Shown here one piece after another: positions 13,200 to 26,072 of a DNA stretch of 64,000 nucleotides. The notes under the pieces are model-generated. The model saw only the letters and a program-made list of their open reading frames with translations, did no database searches and was not told where the DNA came from. This DNA is from Rhina ancylostomus (Eukaryota). Both the position numbers and the translations under genes were made by a program. The DNA is taken from positions 18,470,943 through 18,534,942 of the forward strand of contig JARFYF010000036.1 in assembly GCA_030265395.1 (NCBI GenBank). The letters are read 5' to 3'. The first letter of the stretch is position 1, and each line of letters starts with the position of its first letter.

Positions 13200-14710
13200 G
13201 AGCTCTGGGTCCAGTAAAGTGAAAAAGTAAAGTGACAGCATCCCAGCATCCAGACCTGTGCTCCAGAACTAGGCAAACTTCTTGTCAAGCTGTTCCTATA
13301 CAATTTCAACGCTGACAACGTGGACATTGCCAAGATATGTCCTGTTCACAAAAAGAAGAACAAATCTAAAAGACCAATGAACACCCAAACGCTCAATGAC
13401 CAGCGAAGTGTTGTTGAAGAGCTATCAAGCAGCACTTATCAACCAATAACCTGCATATGATGGCCTATTTGAGATTTGACAGGAACTTCCAGCTGCCTAC
13501 CCAATCACTGCCATAGTCCAAACTTAGACCAATTCCACAGGTGAGGTGAAATTGGTTGGCTTTGACATCAAGGCAACACTTGACCAGGTGTTCAATCAAG
13601 TATTTGGGTCAAAATGATATCAATGAGTATTACTGGAAAATACNNNNNNNNNNNNNNNNNNNNNNNNNNNNNNNNNNNNNNNNNNNNNNNNNNNNNNNNN
13701 NNNNNNNNNNNNNNNNNNNNNNNNNNNNNNNTCTGATCTCCAAGGCAAGATTCCTTCCAGTTACTGCCTGTGTTTGTCCTGAGGAAGTACCCTGACTCCA
13801 GTCTTGTACCAGTGTGCTGCGTTTGGGTTCTCTGTGAGTTTGCTCCAGATCAGCATTGTGACAGAAGCAGTCCATGCCTGTATGCAACAAGACCAAGTTA
13901 ACATTTAGACATGGGCTGAAATGTGGCAAGGAACATTCACACCACAAAAGATCCACGCAGTGATCATTCCAAAGCAACACAAATTCTAACCACTAACTCT
14001 GGACATCCAATGGCAAGAACATCCCCAAGTCACCATTGACCAGAAATGCGACTTGACCACCTGTATATAATACTCTGCAGATCAGAGACCAGGAGCCCTG
14101 CTGCTAGTGACTCATCTTCTGACACCTCAAAGCCTTTCCATCATCTACAAGATCACAAAAAATTAGGAATAGATCCTCAAGCCTGCTCTGCCATTCAATA
14201 TGATCATGGCTGATCTTTCCCAGGATGCAACTCTTCTCTGTGCCACTTACTCATAGCCCTGAAGTCCCTGTTCTTTCAATAACACATCAGGAGCATGACT
14301 GAATATACTCTCCATTTGTCTGGATGAGTGCAGCTCCAACAACAGTCAAGAAGATTGACACAATTCAGGGCAAAGCTACAGTATGTGCTGACTACAAAAT
14401 GAACTGCAGTTACTCAATGAGGCTGCTCCCAAATTCACAACCTCCACCACCAAGTAGGAATAGGGCAGCAGGTGCATGGAATATCACCATCTATCTGCAG
14501 GTTCCCCTCCAAGCTATCTGCCACCCTGACTTGGAAATCTATTTCTGTTCCTTCATCATCACTGTGCTTAAATGCTGAAACTCCCTTCCCCAACAATAAA
14601 TGAGATGTACTTACACCAGAGAGAATGCAGCAGTTCAAAGTGGCACACCATCACCTACTCAGGAGTAATTAGGGTTGAGCAATAAATACCCCCAAAAATT
14701 GAATAAATAA
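13200..14710 (+). mobile_element. CR1/L2-group LINE, decayed RT to 3' end, interrupted by a gap, an LTR and a CR1 tail (about 14150-14280, minus strand)
   Basis: TCAPEL...LVKLF, IAKICPVHKK, ALDIKA..D-like and EAVHACMQQD...WA.MWQ..F motifs across frameshifts; 3' end ggagtaattagggttgagcaataaatac...gaataaataaaa. Confidence 0.75.
13732..13863 (+). mobile_element. 3' part of the 385-bp LTR family (5' part in gap)
   Basis: gatctccaaggcaagattccttccagttactgcc...gtgtgctgcgtttgggttctctgtgag...cattgtgaca matches about 37000-37121 and ends TGACA. Confidence 0.85.
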
Positions 14711-15317
14711 AAACGAAAGCACAGGATATTTCATCCTGGATAAAAGAGCAGCACTATAGTTATTTCCTTTGGGAGGAAAAGCAAATACAATTATTTGGAA
14801 TAGGTGGTCTGTCAGGGTCAAGCAATGAAAGTGTGGGATATTAAAAAAAAATCAAATCAAAAACATTGGTAACACTTGGATTCAAAGTTTAGCTACATGG
14901 TCACAGGAGCAAAGAAGTATAAAACTTGTAGGGAGAATTTTAACACTAACTGCCAATATATCACAAACCTGATGTATGGACCAAATGATGGAGGCAGGAA
15001 AACATTAGTATGGTAACGTTATAAATAGACTTGACAGCAATCCTGTCTGTGACAGATAAGGAATAAAATTTGGCTAGTACTGAACTGAATTAATGAAATC
15101 TGACCCATCCAATTACTTAAGGAGGATGTCATCATATCCATGTTATGTGACATGAATTAATATAAAACAAAAATATTCTTTAAAAAATTTCATAGTGCAA
15201 GGCAACATTGTGTTCACTTTTTGAAATAAATTTTAAATGCATCATCAATATAAAACACAAACATTTTTTTCCAACTGTTTAACCAGAATGGTTACATGAA
15301 AGTGAACATTAAAAAAA

Positions 15318-16512
15318 ACAATAACTGCAGAAAATACTCACCACATCAAGCTGAATCTATAGGAAGAAAAACAGAGTCAATGTTTCAGGTCGGAGACCCT
15401 TCATCAAAACTGAAGAGGAGACAAAAGAAGTGCAGGGAGGGCATGGAAGGGTGATGTCTCTGATAGGATAACACCAGGATGACCATAGAGATAAGCTGTA
15501 AGCATTGTTATCTGGTCAATGAGTGAATGGGAGCAGTTAGAAGGTGAGAATGTAGACAATAGAATGTGGGAGGAATGAAAGGCAAACCAGGAGGACAAGC
15601 CCAGCAGACACATCTTCCCATCTCCTCCCCTTTCTGCGTTTCACAGGGATAATTCTCCTCACGACTCCCTGGTCTACGCTTCCATTCGCACTAACCACCC
15701 CCCTTCTTATAGTACTTTCCCTTGTAACCACAACTCTTGTCCTTTCACTTCTTCCCTTCCCACCATCCAGAGACCCAAAAACAGTCTTTCTAAGTGTAGC
15801 AGCAATCCACTTGCACTTTTTCCTATCTCGTGTACTACATTCGGTGTTCAGAATATGGTCTCCTCTACCCTGGAGAAACCAAGCACAGATGGGTAATTAC
15901 TTTGCAGAACACCTGCATTCAGTCCGCAGGCTGATGCTGAGCTTCCCGTTCCCATCCCACTCCCACTCTGACCTCTCTTCCTGTATGGTCACAGTGAGAC
16001 CCAATACAAGCTTGAGGAATAGCACCTCATTTTCTGTCTGAGGTCATTGCAGCTTTGTGAACTCAACGCTGAAATCGACAACTTTAGGTAACTTGATGTC
16101 TTTGTCTCTATCAGCCATCCATCTGTAATATTAGCTCAGCACTTTTTCCTTCCTTTTTTTCCTCTGGGAATTGATGACATATCCAGCCTGACCTGCCAGG
16201 CATGTCTTCATGCTCTGCATTCCACAATTCCCACATTCTTTTGATGAGGTTCTTTTGACTATGTTCTCTCTCTTTCCAACTGCTCCCATTCACTCATTGA
16301 CCAGACAATCATGTATACATGGTTTCACACTATCAGGGACATCCATCTCCCCCACAGCTTCACAGGTTTCTTTTGCCTCCTTTTCAGTTCTGACAGAGGG
16401 TCTCTGGCCTGAAAGGTTGACTCTATTTTTCTTCCCACAGACGTGACCTGACCAACTGAGTATTCCCAGTACTTTCTCTTTTTTGTTTCAGAACAGTTAT
16501 GTGTTCTGCAGT
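15318..16512 (+). mobile_element. 5'-truncated Penelope-like element with an inverted 5' copy of its 3' end
   Basis: Internal GIY-YIG remnant (ggagaaaccaagcacagatgggtaattactttgcagaacacctgcattcagtc = GETKHRWVITLQN / FAEHLHSV; cttgaggaatagcacctcattttc = LEE*HLIF). Arms about 15320-15570 and 16250-16510 are inverted copies (tctggtcaatgagtgaatgggagcagttag vs ccaactgctcccattcactcattgaccaga). Confidence 0.85.
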
Positions 16513-16996
16513 TTTGGGTAAAACTCCCCCCAAGAAAACGAATGGTTATTAATTGCAAAACTTTGTAGTATCAGCTTTGCAATATAATGTGTTTTAATTC
16601 TATTCCAAATTTAAGGACTTTTGCAGAAGGTTACCTGAATTAATAGCCTTCTTTCTCCCTTGTTTATCTGTTTGCTTGAGCAACTTATGAGGCTATTACA
16701 TTACAGGTTCAGCAGGCTGATTTGAGAAAATATAGAAGTCTGTGAAAGATAAAGCCTTCCCACTATCTTGAATGGAAGTATAGCCACTGGAATATGGTAA
16801 TGCATGCATATAGTGCACTGCTGTGGTTCTGCACAATTAAACAGGAATCTTGAAGGTATTCACTTGAATGGAGCTTTTGTCCTTAAATTGGTATCTATGA
16901 ATTCAAGATTTCAACAACTTTAGTTTGAACTAAGTTTTCTCTAACTTTAGTCAGAAGAAACAAAGGACATTTTGCTCTCTCTCGCATTCTTCAATG

Positions 16997-17355
16997 AAAG
17001 GCCTGGCTGGAGTGGACATGGACAGGATGTTTCCAGTAGTGGGAGAGTCCAAGACCAGAGCGTCAGCATAAAAGGACGTCCATTTAAAGCAGAGAGGAGG
17101 AGGAATTTCTCTAGTCAGAGGGTGGTGAATCTGTGGAATTCATTGCCACAGACAACTGTGGAGGTTAAGTCATTGGGTATATTTAAAGCAGAGGTTGATA
17201 GGTTCTTGATTAGCAAGGCCGTCAAAGGTTATGGGGAGAAGGCAGAAGAATGAGGTTGAGAGGGAAAAATAAATCAGCTATGAACGAATGGTGGAGCAGA
17301 CTTGGTGGGCCGAATGGTCTATTTCTACTCTGATGTCTTATGGTCTTATGGTCTT
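16997..17355 (+). mobile_element. CR1 LINE 3' end
   Basis: RRNFSSQRVVNLWNSLPQ..VEVKSLGIFKAEVDRFL, then 3' UTR ending gggccgaatggtctatttctactctgatg(tcttatgg)2. Confidence 0.92.
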
Positions 17356-17384
17356 CAATGAAATCAATATTAAAGTGTCTCAAA

Positions 17385-17532
17385 TATAGACAGAAAGTGC
17401 TGGAAATACTCAATAGATCTGGTGACATCTGTGGAGCAAGATGCAAAGTTAACTCTGCTGCTTGTCCTGCTGAGAATTTCCAGCATTTTCTGTATTTATT
17501 TCAGACTTCCAACATCTGCAGTTTTTGTTTTC
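17385..17532. mobile_element. Short Penelope-derived palindromic element
   Basis: agaaagtgctggaaatactcaatag ... central gttaac ... ctgctgagaatttccagcattttct...tcagacttccaacatctgcag. Confidence 0.7.
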
Positions 17533-18082
17533 TGATTACAATGTGCAAAAAGAGGTTCACTCCATGATTTAGAGATCTTGATTGTGCAATGGAAGGATAC
17601 ATTTAATGCATTTAATATCCAGGATTAACTTTGTCATTTCTGACTAAAAAATGGAAATGGTTGAAGTAGTAGAAGTTTCCAGATGAGTTGCCTGAGAGAA
17701 AATGTCTGTTGACTAAAGTACTATTCATCAGAATTAGTGGCACATGAGCCTGATACCCAGCCCACAACTTGGACATATTGCCCTTTGTTGTTGCAAACCT
17801 GCAAGTTAATACGATGGAAAGAACACAGGAGTCCATTAGAGACAATGAGTCTTGGCATTGAAGCTGCTGGGTGGTATCAGTTTGGAGGCCGGATATGAAG
17901 AGAAAATTCATATTTGTATGTTGCCTGCCATGCATGTGGTATGTTCCAAAGTGCTTTGAAGCTAATGAGGTCCACTTGAATCATAGTCACAACTATAAAG
18001 TAGAAATCCTGACAACTAGTTTGAGAGCAAGATGAGCTTAAGCTCATGCAGAAATGATAAAAGCCAGAAATTCTCTGCTCCT

Positions 18083-18192
18083 TATGTTGATACTGGCCAA
18101 TGCTCATAAGAAATCCCCTGCTCTTCCTTAAAGTGTTGCCATTGGATTTTTTACATCCACCTGTAAGGTAAGTTAGTGTCTTTGTTTAACAT
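18083..18192 (-). mobile_element. Deu-SINE core fragment (possible continuation at 19841-19895)
   Basis: atactggccaatgctcataagaaatcccctgctcttccttaaagtgttgccattggattttttacatccacctg...gtttaacat matches the reverse Deu core. Confidence 0.65.
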
Positions 18193-18235
18193 ATTGGTAT
18201 TGGTATGGATTTTGGTTTATTATTGTCACTTGTAC
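18193..18235 (-). mobile_element. Rex1/Babar 3' tail running into a gap
   Basis: (attggt)n then ggtttattattgtcacttgtac, the same tail as at 18623. Confidence 0.75.
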
Positions 18236-18334
18236 NNNNNNNNNNNNNNNNNNNNNNNNNNNNNNNNNNNNNNNNNNNNNNNNNNNNNNNNNNNNNNNNN
18301 NNNNNNNNNNNNNNNNNNNNNNNNNNNNNNNNNN

Positions 18335-18622
18335 NGGGCTGAAGGGCCTGTTTCCATGCTGAGTGACTCTGTGACTTAAGAGCAAGTTATAAAGGGTTTA
18401 ACAAAGGAGCAAATAAGAAAAGACTGTTCCACTTTCAGGAAGGTCAGTAATCAGGACACAACTTGATAGCAATTGGCAGATGAACCAGAGAGGACATTTG
18501 GAAACGTTTACTGAGTGAATTGCTGTGATTTGTAATGTGTTGCCCGTGGATGTAAATTCAGTTGGAAAATTGAAAAGGGAATTGGATAAATCCTTAGCAG
18601 GAAAATAGTTTAAAGGGATATG
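18335..18622 (+). mobile_element. CR1 fragments: a tail at 18335-18378 and an older ORF2-end fragment at 18385-18622
   Basis: gggctgaagggcctgtttccatgctgagtgactctgtgact; then agactgttccact...gggaattggataaatccttagcaggaaaatagtttaaagggatatg. Confidence 0.7.
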
Positions 18623-19840
18623 TATTGGTTTATTATTGTCACTTGTACCGAGGTACAGTGAAAAACTTGTCTTGCATCCCGATCGTACAGGTCAATTCAT
18701 TACACAGTGCAGTTACATTGAGTCAGTACAGAGTGCAGTAATGTAGTACAGGTAAAAACAATAACAGTAAAGTGTCACAGCTACAGAGAGAGTGCAGTGC
18801 AATAAGGTGCAAGGTCACAACAATGTAGATCGAGGTCAGAGTCCATCTCATCATATAAGGGAACTGTTCAATAGTTTTATCACAGTGGGGTAGAAGCTGT
18901 CCTTAAGTCTGGTGGTATGTGCCCTCAGGCTCCTGTATCTTCTACCTGATGGCAGAAGAGAGAATGATCTGGGTGGGTGGGGTCTTTGATTATGTTGCTG
19001 CTTCACCAAGGCAGCAAGAGGTAAAGACAGTCCAAGGACAGTAGGCTAGTTTCCATGACGCACTAAACTGTGTCCACAACTCTCTGCAGTTTGTTGCGGT
19101 CCCGGGCAGAGCAGTTGCCATACCAAGCCATGATGCATCCAGATAGGATGCTTCCTATGCTGCATCGATTAAAATTTGGTGAATGTTAAAGGGGACATAC
19201 CATATTTCTTTAGCCTCCTGAGGAAGTAGAGGTGCTGGTGAGCTTTCTTGACCATGACATTACATGATTTGACCAGGATAGGCTGTTGATGTTCACTCCC
19301 AGGAATTTGAAACTCTCAACCCTCTCGATCTCAGCACTGTTGATGTAGACAGGTGCATGTACACAACCCCCCTTTCCTGAAGTCAATGACCAGCTCTTTT
19401 GTTAACATTTGAGGGAAAGGTTGTCATGACATCATGCCACTAAACTCTCTATCTCCCTCCTGTACTCTGACTCATTGCTGTTTAAGATACAGCCTACAAT
19501 GGTGGTACAATCTGCAAACTTGTAGATGGAGTTAGAGCAGAATCTGGCCACTCATTCATGTGTATAGGGAGTAGAGTAGAGGGCTGAGGACGCAGGCTTG
19601 CGGCGCACCAGTGTTGAAAATAATCGTGCCAGAGGTATTGCTGACAATCCTCACTGATTGCAGTCTGTTTGTTAGAAAGTCAAGGATCCAGTTAGAGGGA
19701 GGTGTTGAGTCCTAGGTCTCGGAGTTTGATGACAAGTTTGCTTGGGATTATTGTCTTGAAGGCAGAGGTGTAGTCAATAAACAATAGCCTAACATTGGTG
19801 TCTTTACTGTCCAGATACTCCAGAGCTGAGTGTAGGGCCT
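18623..19840 (-). mobile_element. Rex1/Babar LINE, 5'-truncated (RT domain to 3' tail)
   Basis: Minus strand reads [39 protein letters not shown] and LPSGRRYRSLRAHTTRLKDSFYPTVIKLLNSS, the typical Rex1 RT and C-terminus. Tail caagtgacaataataaaccaata. Confidence 0.9.
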
Positions 19841-20454
19841 CATCTCATCAAAAAGATGACCATATACAGTACCAATAGTTCAGTACCCACAATGTTTCAG
19901 GTGTGGAGAGGAAAGCAGTTGTTGCTCTCAGTCTCTTGTGTTCTCTATGTACCTTCCAAGAGTTCAGACCTTTACTTGTCAAATTCAATTACAAGCAGGT
20001 TACTAGTATGTAACTCAGTCTGCTTCCAGTTCACAAGCTTTCTGGTAGAAAATTTGAGCTGATTCTATCCTCTGATTCTGAGTTCTGGATGGGCATTATA
20101 TGGGCATTACCACTGCCTGATCCAAGCGCTGTGGGGTCCTGAAAGAGTAGATCTGCCAGTGAAATTGGGACTCTTCTCACTAAATTACAGACAGCTAAAA
20201 TAATCAGGCAGAATCATCAGACAAGCAGAGGAAGTTCATCAGTTCCTTAATCAGTGCATTGTGCTGCATTTAGTTGCTAGTTTTTAATGTGCCTCTCCAA
20301 CAATGCCACCAATCCCAATTCTTCAGGAGGCAGTATATTATGCAACTTACATAATATACACTGAGCTTGAATGTTTGGGATATGTTGCAAGTGATGAGAG
20401 TATGTGGGTGACTGAATACTGTTCAGTTCACATTATTTTGGTTTTATTATTATT

Positions 20455-20890
20455 GTCTTATGAGGATAGGTTGAGTGAGCTTGGGCTTTTCTCTTTGGAA
20501 GAAAGAGGAAGAGAGGTGACTTGATAAGAGGTGTACAAGATGATAAGTGGCATAGATCAAGTGGACAGTCAGAGACTTTTTCCCAGGGCCACAATGGCTA
20601 ACACGAGGGGACATAATTTTAGAGTGATTGGAGGAAGATAAAAGAGGGATGACAGGGGTAAGTTTTTTTACACAGAGAGTGGTGGGTGCGTGGAACGCAC
20701 TGCCGACAGAGGTTGTGGGGGCAGATACTTTAGGGACATTTAAGAGACTCTCAGATAGCCACATGAATGATATAAAAATGAAGGACTATGTGGAGGGAAG
20801 GGTTAGATGGATTTTACAGCAAGATAAAATATCAACACAACATTGTGGGCTGAAGGGCCTGTACTGTACTGTAATGTTCTGTGTTCTATT
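20455..20890 (+). mobile_element. CR1 LINE 3' end
   Basis: SYEDRLSELGLFSLE; FFTQRVVGAWNALPTEVVGADTLGTFKRL; tail gtgggctgaagggcctgtactgtactgtaatgttctgtgttcta. Confidence 0.93.
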
Positions 20891-21267
20891 ACTAATTAGA
20901 TATGCTGATAGGCTCCTGTCCATGTCTAGCACATGCCTGACCAAATACAGTGTGCAAACAATGTTCCACAAAACATGATTAGCTATAGATTTAGCATCAC
21001 TTCCAAAAGAACCTGTTTCATTTTGTACTCAAATTAAAAGCAAAGATGATAAATAACAGAATCTTGTCCATTTAGCTCAAATGACAACACTGATTACTGT
21101 AGCATGTTAAACTATTTAGAGGTTCACCAGAGCAAAAAATGATATAATGTGATCTGCATTTTGGGTCATGCTTGCACTTTTTTTCACTGAAAGGTTAAAG
21201 TTTCTCAGCCCATAAGAACTATAATATAATGTTTACATGCAAGCCTATAACCAGAGAGCAACAATAT

Positions 21268-21562
21268 AAAACAAAGGAGACCTAGGTTAAGTGTAATGGG
21301 TAAGAGGATTAGAGGGAATCTGAGGGGCAGATTTTTCCATCAAGGTGTAGTTGGAATCTGGAACCCACTGGCAGAGTAGGTAGTGGAGACAGGTACTCTC
21401 TTAATACTTCAGATGTACATAGCAAACACAAATCGCCAAGGCAGAGAGAGGTAGGGACCATGTCCTGATAAATGGGATTAGTATTGTTGGGTGTTCGATG
21501 ATTGGCATTGACACGATGGCCGGAAAAACCAGTTTGCATCATGTATGATTCTGTGACTATGA
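21268..21562 (+). mobile_element. CR1 LINE 3' end (older)
   Basis: ggttaagtgtaatgggtaagaggattagagggaatctgaggggcagatttttccatcaaggtgtagttggaatctggaacccactggcag...tgcatcatgtatgattctgtgact. Confidence 0.75.
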
Positions 21563-21569
21563 ACAACAG

Positions 21570-21750
21570 AAGCAGAACAGTGCCCTGATAAGTTGAGCTA
21601 CTGTTTCACAACTCCAGTGACTGATGTTCAAACCTGACCTTTGGTGTTCTCTGTGCAGAGTTTGCATGTTCTCCATGCAAAAATTAGTGTCAATAGGATT
21701 AGTGTAAATGAGTCATTGATGATTGGTGTGGACTCATTGGGTCTAGTCAG
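21570..21750 (+). mobile_element. Internally deleted V-SINE
   Basis: ctgtttcacaactccagtgactgatgttcaaacctgacctttggtgttctctgtgcagagtttgcatgttctcc (tRNA head plus start of V core), then a CR1-like tail. Confidence 0.6.
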
Positions 21751-23074
21751 TGGGTCTAGTCACACTATTGACTAACAAGAACACTTTTTAGGTGGGAGAG
21801 AAAGCAAATGTCTAATGGTACTTGCAGATCATGATCCATATTTTTCTGCATGTTATTTTTCTTCTAAATTTGCACTGGTTTTTTCATGCACACTTGAAAG
21901 TGAAAATGCAAAAGCCTAATGATGCTGAAAATGCATTCTGAGATTCTGAAGTAAAATGTAATTGCTTCTAATCTGTAATTGCTTTCTCCACTATTTTAGC
22001 AGAAAGAGTGAACTATTGTTTAAAAAAGGTCGATAGTTCTTTATGAATAAACAAATGCATTAAACATGTTGTAGTTTAAAATTTCCTCTAAATTGCAAAC
22101 AAACCTTTCATTGTATGAAGATACTTCTCTTAAGATACTTTGCATAAATGGACCAATCAACTATAAGAAATTTACCCGAACAAATGTGCATCTAATTAAA
22201 TGCAGCACAAGTGAAGCATGACAAAAAATGCATCCTCATGTATATCCACATATATGGGTTTATCCTTTTACATGCATATAGCAAGTTGTCTTGTTGAGCC
22301 TTAATTAAGTGTGAAAGTAAAACAATGGCCTAATTGCAAGAGGCTGAATGTTTCTTGCAGGGTGTCAAGAAGAAGATGTAACAGAAAAAGTGAACGAAAT
22401 AGAAATCCCATCTGTAGCACAGTGAAAAATGGGCTCAAAGAGAGGGTCAACTCACAGAGTTAAGAAATGCAAAGCAGCAGGAATGAAGAAATAATGATGC
22501 AAACAATTGGGAAAATACATTTGGAGAGCAATGATATTTATAATCTGCAAATCAGGAACAATGCCAAAAAAATCATTCCATCTTGATCGCACTCAGTACA
22601 CTGTTGAGGAGAATTAGAGGTTCCAAAATGTATTTAAGTAATGAAATTCATTGGAATTACTATTAATTGGAATGAATTTCAAATGCAGTTTACAACACAC
22701 TGATACTACTATGTCGTGAGTTTATTGCTTCCAACCAGGGATTCATTTTAAAGCAACACTGACTGGCGGATGGCTCACATATGTGTACTAATTATATCTA
22801 TTAAATCAGATGATGATTTCTTCATATTTAGATCCTCAAATCCCTCACCCTGGTTCTGACTGGAAATAATATTCAACTTGTGGAAAATGTACAGAAGCCA
22901 ACTGTTTTATACTCTACCATTGTACACCCCATCTTATTTTCCTATCCACTCACAAAGTTAGTCTGTTATGTTAACAATAGAACTTACCTGGCAAAAGGTT
23001 AATAATTATTGACCATTATGAATTACATGATTAAATTTGTATTTAGGAACAGACATAAACTTGAAAATGAACAT

Positions 23075-23680
23075 AACTGCATTGAGTACAAGAGCTGGGT
23101 AATCATGTTACAGCTGTACAAGACATTGGTGAGACTGCACCTGGAATATTGTCTGCAGCTTTGGTTACCATATTATAGGAAGGATGTGATTAAACTAGAG
23201 AGGATACAGAAAGGTTTCACAAGGATGTTGCTGGGACTGGAGGCTTGAGTTATAAGGACAGACCGGATAGGCTGTGACTGTTTTCCCTAGAGTGAAGGAA
23301 GCTGAAGGGTGACATTATAGGGGTTTATAAAATCTTAAGGGGCATAGATAAGGTGGATGGTCATGGGCTTTTTCCCAGGGCAGGTGAATCTGAAACTTGA
23401 GGTCATAGGTTTAAAGTGAGAGGGGAAAGATTTAAAGGGGAGCTGAGGGGCAAGGTTTTCACACAGAGGGTGGTGTGTGTATGGAACGAGCTGCAGAGGA
23501 AATGGTAGAGATGGGCACAATTACATTCAAAAGATATTTGGACAGGTACACGGATAGGAAAGGTTTAGAGGGACATGAAACAAATGCAGGCAAATGGGAC
23601 TAGCTCAGGAAGGCATCTTGGTCAGTATGGACAATTTGGGCTGAAGGGCCTGTTTCCATGTTGTATAATTTAATAACTAC
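23075..23680 (+). mobile_element. CR1 LINE 3' about 600 bp
   Basis: IEYKSWVIMLQLYKTLVRLHLEYCLQLWLPYYRKDVIKLERIQKGFTRML, through to tail gggctgaagggcctgtttccatgttgtataatt. Confidence 0.93.
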
Positions 23681-24254
23681 AACATTTGGATGACTTGTAA
23701 AGGTTTAAAGCAAAACTGGACTCTATTTGGATGTTAATGCTTCACTGAAGTTTGTATATTTCTACCCAGTAAGAGTTTGCAGAAACTTCTTTAGTGTCAG
23801 AAAATATCTTCCAATATCTTTTGTTTTGTTAGAGTATTTCATTTGATTAGCAATCTGCAGATGTCAAATTAAATGCACAGGAGCTTTAAATGTGGTGTCA
23901 AAAGTGGAAGTACAAATTGTGCTTGCAACACTGCTGTTCATCCATGTTCAAAATAATAAGAGGTTGTGATAAGGTAAATAAGGAGAAATTATATTTGCTG
24001 ATTGCTGATCCAGAAAGGAGAGGACATAAAACTCAGATTATAACAGATGAACAAAAGGAGATATGAAGAGACATTGATTCGGCAGAGAAGTTGTACATGG
24101 AATCATAACCAAATGGAAGATGGGTTGTTTTATGAGGACTGGAACATTCTACCATATTATACAGAATGCAGTAGTCAGTGATTGAAATGCTGCATTGTAT
24201 AATTTTGTGTACTTCAATTAGAACAAAAAGCACAATAGGTGTTCCTTTCTGGGT

Positions 24255-24522
24255 GTCAAAGTAGTTTAAAGCACAATGTTCTCACCTTTGAGATAACAGA
24301 TTATGAGTTAAGGTTCCACTGCAGAGACAAAATCTGTGCCGATCAATATTTAACCTTCAACCAACAGTACAAATAATGGTTGCTTGGTTATTTAATTAAT
24401 TATTATTTGTACCTATTATTGACTGCTGTGATACTCTGTTAAGCAATGGCTACATAGCAAAAATTACTTAATTAACTATACAGCATTTTGTATATCCTGG
24501 GGTTGTAAAAGAAGCTATATTT
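24255..24522 (+). mobile_element. Deu-SINE (SacSINE1-like), internally deleted
   Basis: Head ctcacctttgagataacagattatgagttaaggttccactgcagagac; core caatatttaaccttcaaccaaca; L2-type tail cattttgtatatcctggggttgtaaaagaagctatat. Confidence 0.6.
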
Positions 24523-25467
24523 TCTTCCATTTTTAATTAGATTGTAATTGGTCATTTTCACAGGGTAGGTCATTTAGCGAGTGAACTAGGTTTTTACTAA
24601 ATGCCTTTTTAAAAATATAATATATTAGAGGTGACTGAAGAGCCACCAGTTTATAAATTGTGTACATGTATGTGTGAGCACACGTGCACGTGATGGCTAT
24701 GGGGGAGCAAGAAGGGCAGAGGGTCANNNNNNNNNNNNNNNNNNNNNNNNNNNNNNNNNNNNNNNNNNNNNNNNNNNNNNNNNNNNNNNNNNNNNNNNNN
24801 NNNNNNNNNNNNNNNNNNNNNNNNNNAGAGGGTCAATGTGTAGGGACTCCAAGTACCCCATTAACACCCAAGGCTTACCTGAGTCAACATTTAGCCAGGT
24901 CTGTAAGTAGGGAAGGACTCTACCTGGCAAAAAGGATCAACATGCTTCCTTAATATGTGAAATAGGATCCTGCAATGTACCGATGCAACAGGGCAGAATC
25001 TGCACCTTAAACACTCTTGCTACTTCCATCAAAACCTCCAAACACATGCAGATTTTTAAAAAATCTATATCCACCTGAATCAGTTGCTGTTTATACTCCT
25101 AGGTCCTATACCCAACAGTGCCCAGAGCTCAATCTCAACAAAGGTACAAGAAGACATCCTTAAAATTCTTTGAACCTCCTCCCTCCAATGCTCCAGCATC
25201 TTTTGAATTCTTTTTGATTTATGCTGACCTGAAGGAAAACTAGGATCTCGTATAGTTTGCAAAGAGGCACCATGATCTTGCAAATACTTTGCTAATCAAA
25301 TTTCCATTTCCCTCCATCGATCATGCCTGACCTGCTGAGTTCATCCAGCATTTTTTGTTTGTTGCAAGGGAATATATGTGAAAGGATGAGTTGAAATAGC
25401 TTAATGATGGCAATTACTCACATTAAGTTTCCAGGTCTGAGTAATGAATTATTAATTGTAAGGTGGA

Positions 25468-25776
25468 TGTCATGGTTCTGAGTTCTGGCCCTCAGTTTGG
25501 CTCCATTAATGCCTTTTGTCTAGCACATGGATTCCATGCTGGACTGATTAGATAACAATACACACCTGAGCCTCATCAGGGGCCTTGCATAAGAACCTGT
25601 GTTTCTCTGGCATCAGTTGCCAGAGTATTGGTCTACCTTTAGGTATACTTTGGTTCCATTTGCTTAGAGTGGTGTACTCTAGTGCAGTCCTGTGTTCTGT
25701 ATTCCTTTGTGAAGATCCAGTTCGTGTTGGGATTCCTCTTCTGATCTCGGAGGCAAGATTCCTTCCAGTTACTGCC
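25468..25776 (+). mobile_element. 385-bp-family LTR, forward copy (3' end in gap)
   Basis: Starts TGTCATGGTTCTGAG and is colinear with 36737-37037; preceded by GTGGA (25463-25467). Confidence 0.9.
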
Positions 25777-25876
25777 NNNNNNNNNNNNNNNNNNNNNNNN
25801 NNNNNNNNNNNNNNNNNNNNNNNNNNNNNNNNNNNNNNNNNNNNNNNNNNNNNNNNNNNNNNNNNNNNNNNNNNNN

Positions 25877-26072
25877 CTACTCTAAGCAACTGGAACCAAA
25901 GTATACCTAAAGGTAAACTAATACTCTGGCAACTAGTGCCAGAGAAACACAGGTTCTTATGCTAGGCCCCTAATGGGGCTCAGGTGTGTAATCAGTCCAG
26001 CATGGAATCCATGTGCTGGACAACAAGACATTATTGGAGCCAAATTGAGGACCAGAACTCAGAACCATGACA
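25877..26072 (-). mobile_element. 385-bp-family LTR, inverted copy (5' about 200 bp visible)
   Basis: Ends ...ctcagaaccatgaca (reverse complement of the LTR start); followed by GTGGA (26073-26077). Confidence 0.9.

Noticed and set aside
24681-24692. Tandem E-box CACGTGCACGTG
   Set aside because: Sits in a decayed purine-pyrimidine (TG/CA) microsatellite, where such words arise easily.
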